From IMG/VR virus record IMGVR_UViG_3300005254_000003, positions 86 to 64,085 of that record: a DNA stretch of 64,000 nucleotides; one strand, written 5' to 3'. The notes beneath the pieces were generated by a model. It was not told where the DNA came from. It saw nothing but the letters and a program-made list of their open reading frames with translations, and did no database searches. The position numbers and the translations under genes were made by a program. This document shows positions 19,781 through 29,075 of the stretch, piece after piece; positions within the stretch are counted from its first letter, which is position 1, and every line of letters starts with the position of its first letter. This stretch comes from a virus.

Positions 19781-20284
19781 ATGAAACAGCTCAAGTTTCT
19801 TTGCATCATGCTGGCCATGATCATGATCGTCGCCCCGATCGTCGGGTGCGGCACCCTTACAACCACGACCGATTCGGTGTGCAACTACATCCCCGAGGGG
19901 CAAACATCGGTCATCTGTGCTGTCGCTGACTATTACAATGTCGCTCCGGAATCCGTGGCCAAGATTATCAAGATTGGCAACGTGGCGGCCCTGGCCGGTG
20001 ATGTGTATTCGGCCAAAAGCGCAATGGCATTTTTGGATGAGGTTGAAACGTTTTTGAAAGAGTCCAAAGTCAATGGCCTTACCTATGCGGCCGCGATTAC
20101 GGCGGCAAAGGCGAAATATGAGGTTCTGCCGGAAAAGACGAAAGGGGTTCTTGTCATTCTAGAGGAATTTGTCGTCACTCAGACTGCTTATGCTGGTGAT
20201 CCGCTTCAGGATTACGATTACATGATTCTGCTTATGGGTATCGAGGATCAGCGTAAAGTCATCCGACCTTTCTTGATAATCTAA
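19781..20284 (+). CDS. Lipoprotein (spanin or exclusion candidate)
   Basis: Lipobox IVG-C after a hydrophobic signal peptide. Confidence 0.65.
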   Translation: MKQLKFLCIMLAMIMIVAPIVGCGTLTTTTDSVCNYIPEGQTSVICAVADYYNVAPESVAKIIKIGNVAALAGDVYSAKSAMAFLDEVETFLKESKVNGLTYAAAITAAKAKYEVLPEKTKGVLVILEEFVVTQTAYAGDPLQDYDYMILLMGIEDQRKVIRPFLII

Positions 20285-20334
20285 GTTTGCCGGGAGGCGC
20301 TATTCGTGCGCCGTGTTTCGCTACCTTGGCACCA

Positions 20335-20370
20335 CCCCCGAGCCTATTGGTACGGCTCGGGGGTTAATTT
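20335..20370 (+). terminator. Hairpin terminator after the lysis cassette
   Basis: CCCCCGAGCC / GGCTCGGGGG stem followed by TTAATTT. Confidence 0.55.
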
Positions 20371-20401
20371 CATCAGGTGAGCCGTCAACGGGGATAGGGC
20401 A

Positions 20402-21112
20402 ATGGGTTTAATCGTTCAATCAAAAGGATCGCTCGAATCGGCCTTGTCGATGTTGACCCGTTTGCTTGCAGTCGATGGGGATGGGTCAGGGTTGGATGCC
20501 GATACTCTCGACGGGTCGCATGCTGCGGCGTTTGAACCTGCTTTTTCTAAAAATACAGCTTTTAACAAGGATTTTGGGGTAACCGCCGGAAGCGTCTGCG
20601 AAGGAAACGACGCCCGACTGTCGGCTGGTTTTCCGACCGGCACCATTATGCTGTTCGGTCAAACAACTCCGCCGACCGGATGGACAAAAATTACCGACCA
20701 CAACGACAAAGCATTGAGGGTAGTTTCTGGAACGGCTGGGTCAGGGGGGTCGGTTGCTTTCAGCACGGTCATGTCGAGTGCGAGGCTGTGCTCCAGCGTA
20801 ACCGCCACCGGGACGGTGGGGTCAACAACACTGACCATAACAACCATGCCAAGCCATGATCACTTTATCGCAAGTTCTGATACTTCATCTTCGTCTTTGA
20901 GTTCGTCTAACTACTTGGTTCGTCAATCCACGGTTTATAGCGGTGATCGTGCGGCGTATCTGGCGGGTAGTGCGACAGTCCCGAATATCGGTAACTCTCA
21001 ATCCGTCGGTGGCGGTAGTTCTCATACTCATGGGTTCACAGGTACAGCTCATCAACATTCTACCAATCTGGAAATTCAATATGTCGATGTCGTCCTGGCC
21101 TCGAAGGATTAA
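20402..21112 (+). CDS. Stand-alone tail-fibre tip/collar protein, paralog of the fibre C-terminus at 56209-57549
   Basis: PTGWTK...HNDKALRVVSG...H-x-H motifs...QYVDV. Confidence 0.75.
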   Translation: MGLIVQSKGSLESALSMLTRLLAVDGDGSGLDADTLDGSHAAAFEPAFSKNTAFNKDFGVTAGSVCEGNDARLSAGFPTGTIMLFGQTTPPTGWTKITDHNDKALRVVSGTAGSGGSVAFSTVMSSARLCSSVTATGTVGSTTLTITTMPSHDHFIASSDTSSSSLSSSNYLVRQSTVYSGDRAAYLAGSATVPNIGNSQSVGGGSSHTHGFTGTAHQHSTNLEIQYVDVVLASKD

Positions 21113-21121
21113 GGGGGGATC

Positions 21122-23608
21122 ATGATCATTACCGCGATTTTCAAAAATCAAGGTGTCCCGGCAACAGGGCTTACTCCCACCATCGACATATACAACGTCA
21201 CAGGGAGCGTTCAGGTCGTGACGGCAGCGGCCATGAGCGAAGTGGGCGGGGGAATTTACAGATACGATTTTGCCGCTTTCAACCCAGCTCTGGATTATGC
21301 GGTCGTTTGTGATGGGGGGTCGAGCCTGGGGAATGCCGATCGATACGCTGCGGGTGGCACGACGGTTGAAGGGATGGCTGAACAGATACTTGCCGATACC
21401 GCCGAAATGCAGACTGACTTGGCCAATGGCGGTCGCTTGGATCTCTTGGTCGATGGTATTAAAGCCAAAACAGATCTCATTCCTGCGGATCCGGCTGACC
21501 AGTCTCAAATCGAGGCTGCTATCGCTGCTGCGGAAGCAAATATCCGCGGAGCTGCTGCGGATACCTTGGGAACGCTTTCCGACCAGATCGATGCCGTTGA
21601 TACAGTGGTGGATGCAATTAAGCTGAAAACCGATTCGCTTCCGGCCGACCCGGCGAGTCAGGCGGCGGTGCTTTCGGCGGTCAGCACCTCGGAGTCAAAT
21701 ATCCGCGGTGCCGATTCCGACACATTGAAGGGGTTGTCGGACCAGATCGATGCCGTCCAGGCCCAAACCGACCTCATTCCTGCTACTCCGGTAGATCAAC
21801 TGTCGATTGAGGCGGCCCTTGCCGCTGTTGAAGCAAATATCCGGGGCATTGATGGTGATACGTTAAAAATCATTTCCGATCAGATCGATGCCGTTGATGC
21901 CGTTGCTGACGCTATCAAATTGAAAACAGATAGCCTGCCGCCGGATCCTGCCGCCGGTTCGAGTGTCGTTGCGGCGATCTCAGCCGCCCAGGCTGCGATC
22001 ATTGGCGGGGATGGGGATTCCCTCGAACTGCTCTCCGATCAGCTCGACAGCAACTTGTCCGCCATCCAGGCGGTTCAGAACAACACCACTATACGGATTG
22101 ATGTGCCGGCCCGTTTGGTGCGTCCGGATGTTGGGGCCAAGACTTATCGGATCATCCTCGGACTTTACGACACCAATGGCAATCCCGAAGTGCCGGACAG
22201 TGCGCCATCGATCCAAATCGAGAACGTGAGCGGGTCTGAGAGGCTCGCCATTACGTTCATGACTCAATACACGGGTCAGCCTGGGCAATACTATTATGAT
22301 TACGCCATCGCCTCCGTATCGGCCTTGGAAATTTTGGTCGTAACCATTGGGGTGACCGAAGGCGGGGTGACCACTTATCATCGCCGGAGTACCGAGGTGA
22401 CCGAATTCGAGGCCGACTTGAATGAAGTCCAGGCCAATGTCTCGGCGATCAAGGCAAGGACGGATCTTTTGCCGGCCAACACGGCCACGGAGCTGTCCAC
22501 CATCCAAGGTTCTGTCGCCGGGGTGCAGAACAGTCTCGACAGCGGGGTAAGCGGCCTTGCGGCAATCAAAGCGGTGACTGATGCAATCCAGGCCAAGACG
22601 ACCAATTTGCCAGATAATACGGCCAGCGAATTAAATGCCATCGATGGGGACAATGCGACGATCATCGCTTTGCTTCAGAACGCTTCCTATGGCCTCAGTG
22701 CTCTTAGGGTCTTGATCGAGGCTATCGATACCAGCGCGGAGCTGGCTGCCCGGTTCAATGAGATTAAAGGGGCGGGCTGGGCGACAGAGACATTGACGGG
22801 CCTTGATGCTTTGCTGGACGCCATTAAGGCACGGACGGATTTTCTCCCTGTCAGCACCATTGCCGAGTTAAATGCCATCGATGTTTCGATTGCTGGCTTG
22901 GCGACTGATGTTGGAGAGCATGACACGGATATAAAGACGTTGCTTCAGAATGCGACCTACGGGTTGTCGGCGTTGAGAACCTTGCTCGATACCATCAACG
23001 CGGATACCACTTCCGGCGTTCAGGCCATGTTCGATGAAATCAAGGGCGTTGGGTGGATGGCAGAAACCTTGGTTGCTTTGGATGGGCTTCTTGATTCCAT
23101 CAAAAATCAGACAGATCGCTTGCCGGCGGATCCTGCATCTCAAAGCCGGGTTGGAACCGCCATCAGCGAGACCGAGGGGCGCCTGGCCCTGGCCCACAAC
23201 AACATCTTTGCTGCCATCGTCAATCCAGGGGAACAGTTGACCCGGATTGAAACTGCGGTCGGTGAGGTAAAGGAAAAGACCGACAATCTGCCGACCAATA
23301 CGGCCGTTGAACTTTCAGATATTGAAACGCTGGTCGGTGCGATCAATGCCGCCACTTCCGAGGCTGGGATTCCGGCCGACATCCAGGCAATGATTACGAA
23401 CCTTCAAAACGCCGTGACGACCTTGATTAACGCCGTGCAGGCAGATGTCACCTTCATTCGGGATATCGAGGGTGGTCGCTGGCGGATCGTGGGCACTCAG
23501 ATGGTTTTCTACAAAGAGGATAACGTGACGGAGGTTGCCCGGTTCAATCTTTTCGATGTCAATGGGAGTGAATCCGCCAGCAACGTCTTTGAACGGCAGA
23601 GGGTGTGA
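21122..23608 (+). CDS. Large repetitive coiled-coil virion protein
   Basis: Tandem ~46-53 aa repeats (DQIDAV...AIKLKTDSLPADPA); second repeat family LLQNAxYGLSALR. Confidence 0.7.
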   Translation: MIITAIFKNQGVPATGLTPTIDIYNVTGSVQVVTAAAMSEVGGGIYRYDFAAFNPALDYAVVCDGGSSLGNADRYAAGGTTVEGMAEQILADTAEMQTDLANGGRLDLLVDGIKAKTDLIPADPADQSQIEAAIAAAEANIRGAAADTLGTLSDQIDAVDTVVDAIKLKTDSLPADPASQAAVLSAVSTSESNIRGADSDTLKGLSDQIDAVQAQTDLIPATPVDQLSIEAALAAVEANIRGIDGDTLKIISDQIDAVDAVADAIKLKTDSLPPDPAAGSSVVAAISAAQAAIIGGDGDSLELLSDQLDSNLSAIQAVQNNTTIRIDVPARLVRPDVGAKTYRIILGLYDTNGNPEVPDSAPSIQIENVSGSERLAITFMTQYTGQPGQYYYDYAIASVSALEILVVTIGVTEGGVTTYHRRSTEVTEFEADLNEVQANVSAIKARTDLLPANTATELSTIQGSVAGVQNSLDSGVSGLAAIKAVTDAIQAKTTNLPDNTASELNAIDGDNATIIALLQNASYGLSALRVLIEAIDTSAELAARFNEIKGAGWATETLTGLDALLDAIKARTDFLPVSTIAELNAIDVSIAGLATDVGEHDTDIKTLLQNATYGLSALRTLLDTINADTTSGVQAMFDEIKGVGWMAETLVALDGLLDSIKNQTDRLPADPASQSRVGTAISETEGRLALAHNNIFAAIVNPGEQLTRIETAVGEVKEKTDNLPTNTAVELSDIETLVGAINAATSEAGIPADIQAMITNLQNAVTTLINAVQADVTFIRDIEGGRWRIVGTQMVFYKEDNVTEVARFNLFDVNGSESASNVFERQRV

Positions 23609-23784
23609 TGCTGATAAGCAGGGGCTTCGGGGATACAACGGAAGGAATGGTCATGGGCTACGAAATAGGCATTGATTTCGGAACCGGGATGGAAGTTGCC
23701 GCTATCGAGTTGGCGGAAGAAACCGTCATCGATTTGGAATTTGATGGCACGATGGAAATCGAGGTTGAACTTGACGATATGTAG
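23608..23784 (+). CDS. Small acidic protein (58 aa), not in the ORF track
   Basis: TGATG coupling to the upstream stop; MLISRGFG... Confidence 0.55.
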   Translation: MLISRGFGDTTEGMVMGYEIGIDFGTGMEVAAIELAEETVIDLEFDGTMEIEVELDDM

Positions 23785-24125
23785 TGGGGGTCGAGGATAT
23801 GAAATACAAATTTAAACAGGGCGAAGGAAAGACTTTGTCGTTCAGCGTGACTCGCGGTGGGGTTGCTTACACCGATTTGGCTTCCGCCTTAGACTTGACG
23901 TTCGTGGTCAAGCAATCGAAAAGCGATTCAGAGGCGTTGATCAGTAAAGTCAAAGAGGATTTCACCATCGAATCGAATGTGGCCCGGGTGGGAGTTCTGG
24001 ATTCTGATACGGCGGGGTTATCTCCGGGATCATATGTCGGTGAGTTGACCATTGCCGTGGCGGCCGATGATACGGTGAAATCGGCGGATATTGAGATCGA
24101 AATCGAACGCTCTGTCTCCGTGTAA
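23784..24125 (+). CDS. BppU N-terminal-like Ig-fold structural protein
   Basis: KQGEGKTLSF...DTAGLSPGSYVGELTI; likely start at 23799. Confidence 0.55.
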   Translation: MGVEDMKYKFKQGEGKTLSFSVTRGGVAYTDLASALDLTFVVKQSKSDSEALISKVKEDFTIESNVARVGVLDSDTAGLSPGSYVGELTIAVAADDTVKSADIEIEIERSVSV

Positions 24126-24140
24126 AAGAAAAGAGGCTGT

Positions 24141-25160
24141 ATGCAGATCAACGGGATTGCGCTGGATGAAAAACAGGCCGGGTATTATCGGGCGTTGAAA
24201 ATCAAAAATCCGGCGTTGGCCAATAAGTTTTTGACCGATATCCGCAAGAAGCAGGACCGGGCCAAGGAAATTAAACAAGATTTCGTGCATCAGCTCCGGC
24301 GGGAAGCAACCGAGATCGGGCAGTTGGCAGAGCTGGATAACAGGGGGGTGCATAACTTTTCGTTGGGATGCCTGGATGCCTATTTCTATTTGCATGAATA
24401 CATTCAAGAGGGTCGGGCATTCCTCTATCGAGGCCGGGTTCTGGTTTTGCCGTCACGCACCGGCGGGTGGAAATCGTTCGTCTTCCGATATGTCCAGGCA
24501 GACCTGCCGGCATTGATGGAATTGCAAAAGGCGGGAATCGTCTATTCGCTCGATCCGATTCCGGGGCTTCCCAACCAGAGCAAGTTCAAAGAGATCGCCT
24601 ACGACCTGAGTCTGGTTTTCGACCCTGCTTCATATCCGAATACGAAGAAGCGAAAAAACAAGATCCGTCATCCGCTGACTTACATCCGCACCGGCGGTTT
24701 TGTGATCGAACCGGTTTGCCAGGAGAACTTGGGCGAGTGCCGCCGGCTGCATGACTTATGGGTGGATCATAAATTAGCGGATGAAAGAACCTTTCAAATC
24801 ATGTTCCCCAGGCGGAGGTATTACCGCTGCGCTGAAAGGGCCGCTATGGGGGTGCTGGAGGGGTTGGCGGGGGTTTCGTATGAGGGGCGGGTCTTCAGGC
24901 TTGAGGGGGATGTGATCGGCGTAAATATCATGTCGGTGGAAAAGAAACGGTCTTACGGTTTGGCCATGTTTGGCAATACCTGGGATCCCCAGTTCAACCG
25001 GTTGATGGCGGCAACGGATCTTTGGTACTGGCGGAAGTTTCTTTACGAAGGGATTACTTTTTACAACGCTGGAACCACGGTCAACGCGGATCACAAGTCT
25101 TTCAAAGCACGGTACCCACATTTCATCGTTGAGTCTTATATGTACGGCCGGGTCAAGTGA
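24141..25160 (+). CDS. DUF2156/FemAB-like GNAT-fold transferase
   Basis: KRKNKIRH...IEPVCQENLGECRRLHDLW...FYNAG...FKARY. Confidence 0.55.
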   Translation: MQINGIALDEKQAGYYRALKIKNPALANKFLTDIRKKQDRAKEIKQDFVHQLRREATEIGQLAELDNRGVHNFSLGCLDAYFYLHEYIQEGRAFLYRGRVLVLPSRTGGWKSFVFRYVQADLPALMELQKAGIVYSLDPIPGLPNQSKFKEIAYDLSLVFDPASYPNTKKRKNKIRHPLTYIRTGGFVIEPVCQENLGECRRLHDLWVDHKLADERTFQIMFPRRRYYRCAERAAMGVLEGLAGVSYEGRVFRLEGDVIGVNIMSVEKKRSYGLAMFGNTWDPQFNRLMAATDLWYWRKFLYEGITFYNAGTTVNADHKSFKARYPHFIVESYMYGRVK

Positions 25161-25201
25161 TTTACATATCTGCTTGCGGAAAAGCGGCTTCCCGTGATAA
25201 A

Positions 25202-25213
25202 GTAAGTAATTAC
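25202..25213. promoter_or_regulatory. Palindrome 3
   Basis: GTAAGTAATTAC. Confidence 0.8.
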
Positions 25214-25238
25214 GTTGACATTCGGAGGGATAGTCTCG

Positions 25239-25823
25239 ATGCTGATCATCGACCTTGAAAAAGCGGCCTATAAACTCCAGGGCCGAACGGACTTCCAGGG
25301 TTTAAACATTTCGATTGAAAACCGAAAGGGGTCGGTTCGCCGCGGGGTGGATAAAGATGGTCACGAATGGCAGACCAAGATGAAACATGCCTACGGGTAT
25401 ATCCGCCTTTCTGATGAGGTTCGCCGTAAGGGGGCCGACGGTGACCATGTCGATTGCTTTATCGGGCCTTCCCGCGGGTCTGAGCGGGTTTTCGTGGTGC
25501 ATTTGAACCGGGCAGACAATGAAAAGTTCGATGAGGATAAAGTGTTTCTCGGTTTCGACTCCAAGGATGAGGCCAAGGCTGCTTTTGATGCCAATTACGA
25601 CAAGGTGGGACAACGGCTCTACGGCGGCATGACTGAGATGGACATGTCTGCATTCAAGCAGCGCCTGGCGGCACGATCCAAGGGGATGATAAAATCGCTC
25701 CGGTTCGAGGGCAAGGATTCTCGCCCGGATTCGGGGTTGAAGAAATCTTTGGCTGCGGATTTGATGCACGTTTTGATGGTACCTGGCCGCCCTATTTTTG
25801 CGTCTAAACGCGAAAGTAATTGA
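25239..25823 (+). CDS. InPase (inorganic pyrophosphatase-like) domain protein of phage polyvalent-protein type
   Basis: FQGLNISIENRKGSVR...YGYI...GADGDHVDCFIGP...FDEDKVFLGF...AFDANY; GGAGG RBS. Confidence 0.8.
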   Translation: MLIIDLEKAAYKLQGRTDFQGLNISIENRKGSVRRGVDKDGHEWQTKMKHAYGYIRLSDEVRRKGADGDHVDCFIGPSRGSERVFVVHLNRADNEKFDEDKVFLGFDSKDEAKAAFDANYDKVGQRLYGGMTEMDMSAFKQRLAARSKGMIKSLRFEGKDSRPDSGLKKSLAADLMHVLMVPGRPIFASKRESN

Positions 25824-25827
25824 TTAC
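25816..25827. promoter_or_regulatory. Palindrome 4
   Basis: GTAATTGATTAC. Confidence 0.8.
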
Positions 25828-25843
25828 GTTGATGAGGGATAAG

Positions 25844-28756
25844 ATGCAGCATTTCATCTACGTCGATTTGGTAAAAGCACATGTCAAAGCTCATTTCCGT
25901 CGTGATCCGAAAACCGGCAAACTGCTGTTCATCAAGGATTACGATTCCAAAGTTCATGGCAAGGCAGATCTTGAGTTTCACCAGGGCCATCAGGTTAGGG
26001 TGAACAACCCCCGGAGCAAATTCCACGGCCAGGTGATGACTGTCCGCCATTACTCCGACAAGTACAATGTCGTGCGTTTAAATATCCCCGGGAAAAACCA
26101 TACCGCCGATTTTGAGCCCCATCAGTTGGAGCATCATACGCCGGTAGCCGGCAGCGCCTCGCCGGCGACACCTCCGCCGGCTAAAGCCATGACGTTGGAT
26201 GATGCCAAGACTGCGTTGGGGTTGGCTGGGATCTCTTTTGCTTCTGCGGAAATGGCCCACGAAAGAAAGCGGGTCGAATCGATGGATGCAGCCAAGCTCA
26301 AGGCCAGGATCTCCAAGATCAAAGAGAGCCAGAAGCTCTACAATTTCATGCGGGCGTTGATGGAGTGGGGTACCGCCGATAAGCGGGAAGTCGCCAAAGA
26401 CATCGAAAAGGAATTGATCAAGCGAGCGGAGGATAAGAAGGCTGCTGCGCCGGCAGCTAAACCGGTAACCAAGCCGCCAGCCACCCCGCCGGCGGTTGCA
26501 AAAATCACTTTCGATCCTGGGGATAGGGTCCGAATCAGTAATCCCCGCAGCAAGCATCACGACAAGGAGGGTGTGGTCACCTCCTTTTCCGACAAGTACA
26601 ACGTGGTCCGATTGAAACTCGATGACGGTTCCTACACGGATGTGAGCCCGGCTTCTGCAGTTAACCTGTCGGGGAACAACCAGTCAGCTCCGGCGGCACA
26701 ACCAGCTCCTGAACCGGAAAAAACTCCCGAACCTCCGAAGGCTCCCGAACCTCCGAAGACTGCGGCGGATTTTCCGCATGACAAAGCGGCTGCCTGGAAA
26801 TACGCCAGCAACGATCAACGGTCCTTGGCCCGGGTCACGGGGATGGTCCCGCTGGACGACAAAGCGGCCGAATACATCAAGAAAAATCTTCAGAAAATCA
26901 CTGCGAAGGCTGGGACGACGAATGTACCTTCCTCCGGTTACAGAGCGAGCAATGACAGGTGGTATGGGGTCAAGACCCGAGGTGGGTACACCATCCCGAA
27001 ATATGTGAATGAGTATTTGAATTCGGATTGGCGTACCACAGGCGATATCATGACCGCTTTCCGTCTTGATGTTAAAGGCGACAAGCCTATTTCCGATACG
27101 GCGATTGGTTTCATCCAACGCGGAAAAGAGGACTGGGAAAAGGCTGGCTACGATTATGTTAAAATCGAGGAAGATCTCAAGGAACTCGGCAAGCTCATCG
27201 AGGAAGCGGTTTCGAAAGAAACAGCCAAACAGCAACATTCATTGCTTGCGGTAGATTTTATGCTTGAGAATCTCGCCCATTCTTTGCGGATAAAAAATAC
27301 TGGGCCTGATTCGCATCAGGTCAAGCCGTCTGAGTTCATGAAAACAATGATGGAAAAATTTACTCCGGATATGAAAGTCTCCGAGTTCTTGGACCACTAT
27401 ACCAAGTTGAATGCTGATGATCTGCTTGATCTAAAATCGGTCAAGGAGCTTTTTCACGCTTATGCCGGCCCCGGTTTTCAAGGCAATCCGGAACATCTCA
27501 CCATGAGGGATGTAACCGATGGCTTGACTCGTTTTATGGGGAGAGCGCGCAAGATCGCTTGGACTGGGAGCCCTGCTGATGATATTGAAATGCGGGGTTT
27601 TCTCAATGTGATGAAAGAACGTAGCAGTGCAGTTCGATATCTGCATGAAAAATTTGGTGTCGAACTGGCGACTATTATCAAAGATAGGGGCTTTTCCGGG
27701 GATAACGATTCAATGACTTCCTTTATTGCATCCGGCGGTGTTGGAGCCCCACCTTTTGCCAGATGGTCCAATTTCCGGGTTATAGAGCCGGGAATGGTTA
27801 CTTACCCTCAGAAAAAAATATCAGACGAAATTCTCAAGAGAATCAAAAACAGCGACATCTTGCGAGATCAGTGGGCGGCGAATTATGTCACTGTCGTGGG
27901 ACAGGCTAACTTGACGAAAAATTATAACCGGCCGTTTAAAAGCCGGGTTTTTCCGAGAGGTTTGATTCAAGATCAAGGCCCGCGAGCGGTTGGGATGAAA
28001 ATTGCCCGACAAAGCGGCAAAGTGGATGACATCGCCGATAGTATGTCCAAGCGGTATTGGAAAGAGGTCGAGAAACAGAAAAAGCTCAAGGCATCGGGGC
28101 AAAAAGGAGCCGACCCGGCGGATCGAAGTGACCCACCGCCGGATTACTTGGGCTGTACGTTCAAATCCGTGGATGACAAGACGGCCAATTTTCTCCGAAA
28201 AAAGATTGAAAAGGCCTGGGATAAAGATGTGCATGGCGGGTTCTTTTTCAAAATCCATGGGATCTATCAAATCGGCGGCATGGATCATCACGGTAAATAC
28301 AAAAAGATTGAGAAAGATCGTGACAACGTCATGTATGGCTACCACTCGACCAATTTCCAAGCAGCCGCATCGATTGTGAAGTCGTCTTATCGGGCTGGCG
28401 GCGGGATGCTCGGCGACGGGGTTTATGTTACGGATGTGAGTTCCAAAAGCGCACAATATCTTTTGGGCAACTGCAACGTAACCCGGCGTCCGGGGACTCG
28501 GGGCGTCTTTCTGATGAACAAGGTTTCTTTGGGCAAAGTCCATGACAAGAGCTATGGGGCTCCGAATTCCAATCCCCACGAAACTCCCAGTCTCGACAAA
28601 GCGGATACGGTTTTTGCTCCCAAAAACAAGATGGTTCCGGGTTATTCGACAAAGGTGTTGAACGATGAACATGCGGTCAAGGATGCCAATGCCGTCATTC
28701 CGATGTATTGGGTGGATTTGGAATTAACGGATCGTTCCGGCAAAACTAACCCGTAA
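25844..28756 (+). CDS. Multidomain virion-cargo-like protein: targeting motif + 2 KOW/SH3-like domains + C-terminal PARP-like ADP-ribosyltransferase
   Basis: YGYHST / MLGDGVYVTDVSSKSAQY / KVSLGKV / NDEHAV align to the PARP H-Y-E catalytic motifs; GAGGGA RBS before ATG 25844. Confidence 0.85.
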   Translation: MQHFIYVDLVKAHVKAHFRRDPKTGKLLFIKDYDSKVHGKADLEFHQGHQVRVNNPRSKFHGQVMTVRHYSDKYNVVRLNIPGKNHTADFEPHQLEHHTPVAGSASPATPPPAKAMTLDDAKTALGLAGISFASAEMAHERKRVESMDAAKLKARISKIKESQKLYNFMRALMEWGTADKREVAKDIEKELIKRAEDKKAAAPAAKPVTKPPATPPAVAKITFDPGDRVRISNPRSKHHDKEGVVTSFSDKYNVVRLKLDDGSYTDVSPASAVNLSGNNQSAPAAQPAPEPEKTPEPPKAPEPPKTAADFPHDKAAAWKYASNDQRSLARVTGMVPLDDKAAEYIKKNLQKITAKAGTTNVPSSGYRASNDRWYGVKTRGGYTIPKYVNEYLNSDWRTTGDIMTAFRLDVKGDKPISDTAIGFIQRGKEDWEKAGYDYVKIEEDLKELGKLIEEAVSKETAKQQHSLLAVDFMLENLAHSLRIKNTGPDSHQVKPSEFMKTMMEKFTPDMKVSEFLDHYTKLNADDLLDLKSVKELFHAYAGPGFQGNPEHLTMRDVTDGLTRFMGRARKIAWTGSPADDIEMRGFLNVMKERSSAVRYLHEKFGVELATIIKDRGFSGDNDSMTSFIASGGVGAPPFARWSNFRVIEPGMVTYPQKKISDEILKRIKNSDILRDQWAANYVTVVGQANLTKNYNRPFKSRVFPRGLIQDQGPRAVGMKIARQSGKVDDIADSMSKRYWKEVEKQKKLKASGQKGADPADRSDPPPDYLGCTFKSVDDKTANFLRKKIEKAWDKDVHGGFFFKIHGIYQIGGMDHHGKYKKIEKDRDNVMYGYHSTNFQAAASIVKSSYRAGGGMLGDGVYVTDVSSKSAQYLLGNCNVTRRPGTRGVFLMNKVSLGKVHDKSYGAPNSNPHETPSLDKADTVFAPKNKMVPGYSTKVLNDEHAVKDANAVIPMYWVDLELTDRSGKTNP

Positions 28757-28769
28757 AAGAGGCTGAAAA

Positions 28770-29066
28770 ATGATGCTCGTTAATCATTCGAATTATTTCG
28801 ATTACAATGGCCAGATTTACTGTGAAAAACTCATGGATGTGGTCCGGGCCGATGAGCAGCATTACGAGAACTATTGCCTGAATTGCCGTTTTTTCAATGG
28901 GCACCTGTTCGGCGAGGGGGTGGAGTGTCTTTACGAGGACTCCACGGTCAAGGACGGTGAGGAAGTGATCGGTGTAACCGATCCTTTCGAGTACCTGGAT
29001 AAGCGTCGCAAAGCACGTTCTATTGAAAGAGAACGCAAGGCAACCGATTTCACCGTAAAGCGGTAG
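28770..29066 (+). CDS. Small Cys-containing hypothetical protein
   Basis: C...CLNC...C; directly downstream of the ART gene. Confidence 0.55.
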   Translation: MMLVNHSNYFDYNGQIYCEKLMDVVRADEQHYENYCLNCRFFNGHLFGEGVECLYEDSTVKDGEEVIGVTDPFEYLDKRRKARSIERERKATDFTVKR

Positions 29067-29075
29067 CGAGGGGCC

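Noticed and set aside
20285-20400. Possible tRNA or ncRNA after the lipoprotein gene
   Set aside because: Two hairpins but no cloverleaf or T-loop consensus; treated as a terminator
26715-26762. Tandem 18-bp repeat
   Set aside because: Encodes a PEPPK Pro-rich linker; not CRISPR or a phase-variable tract
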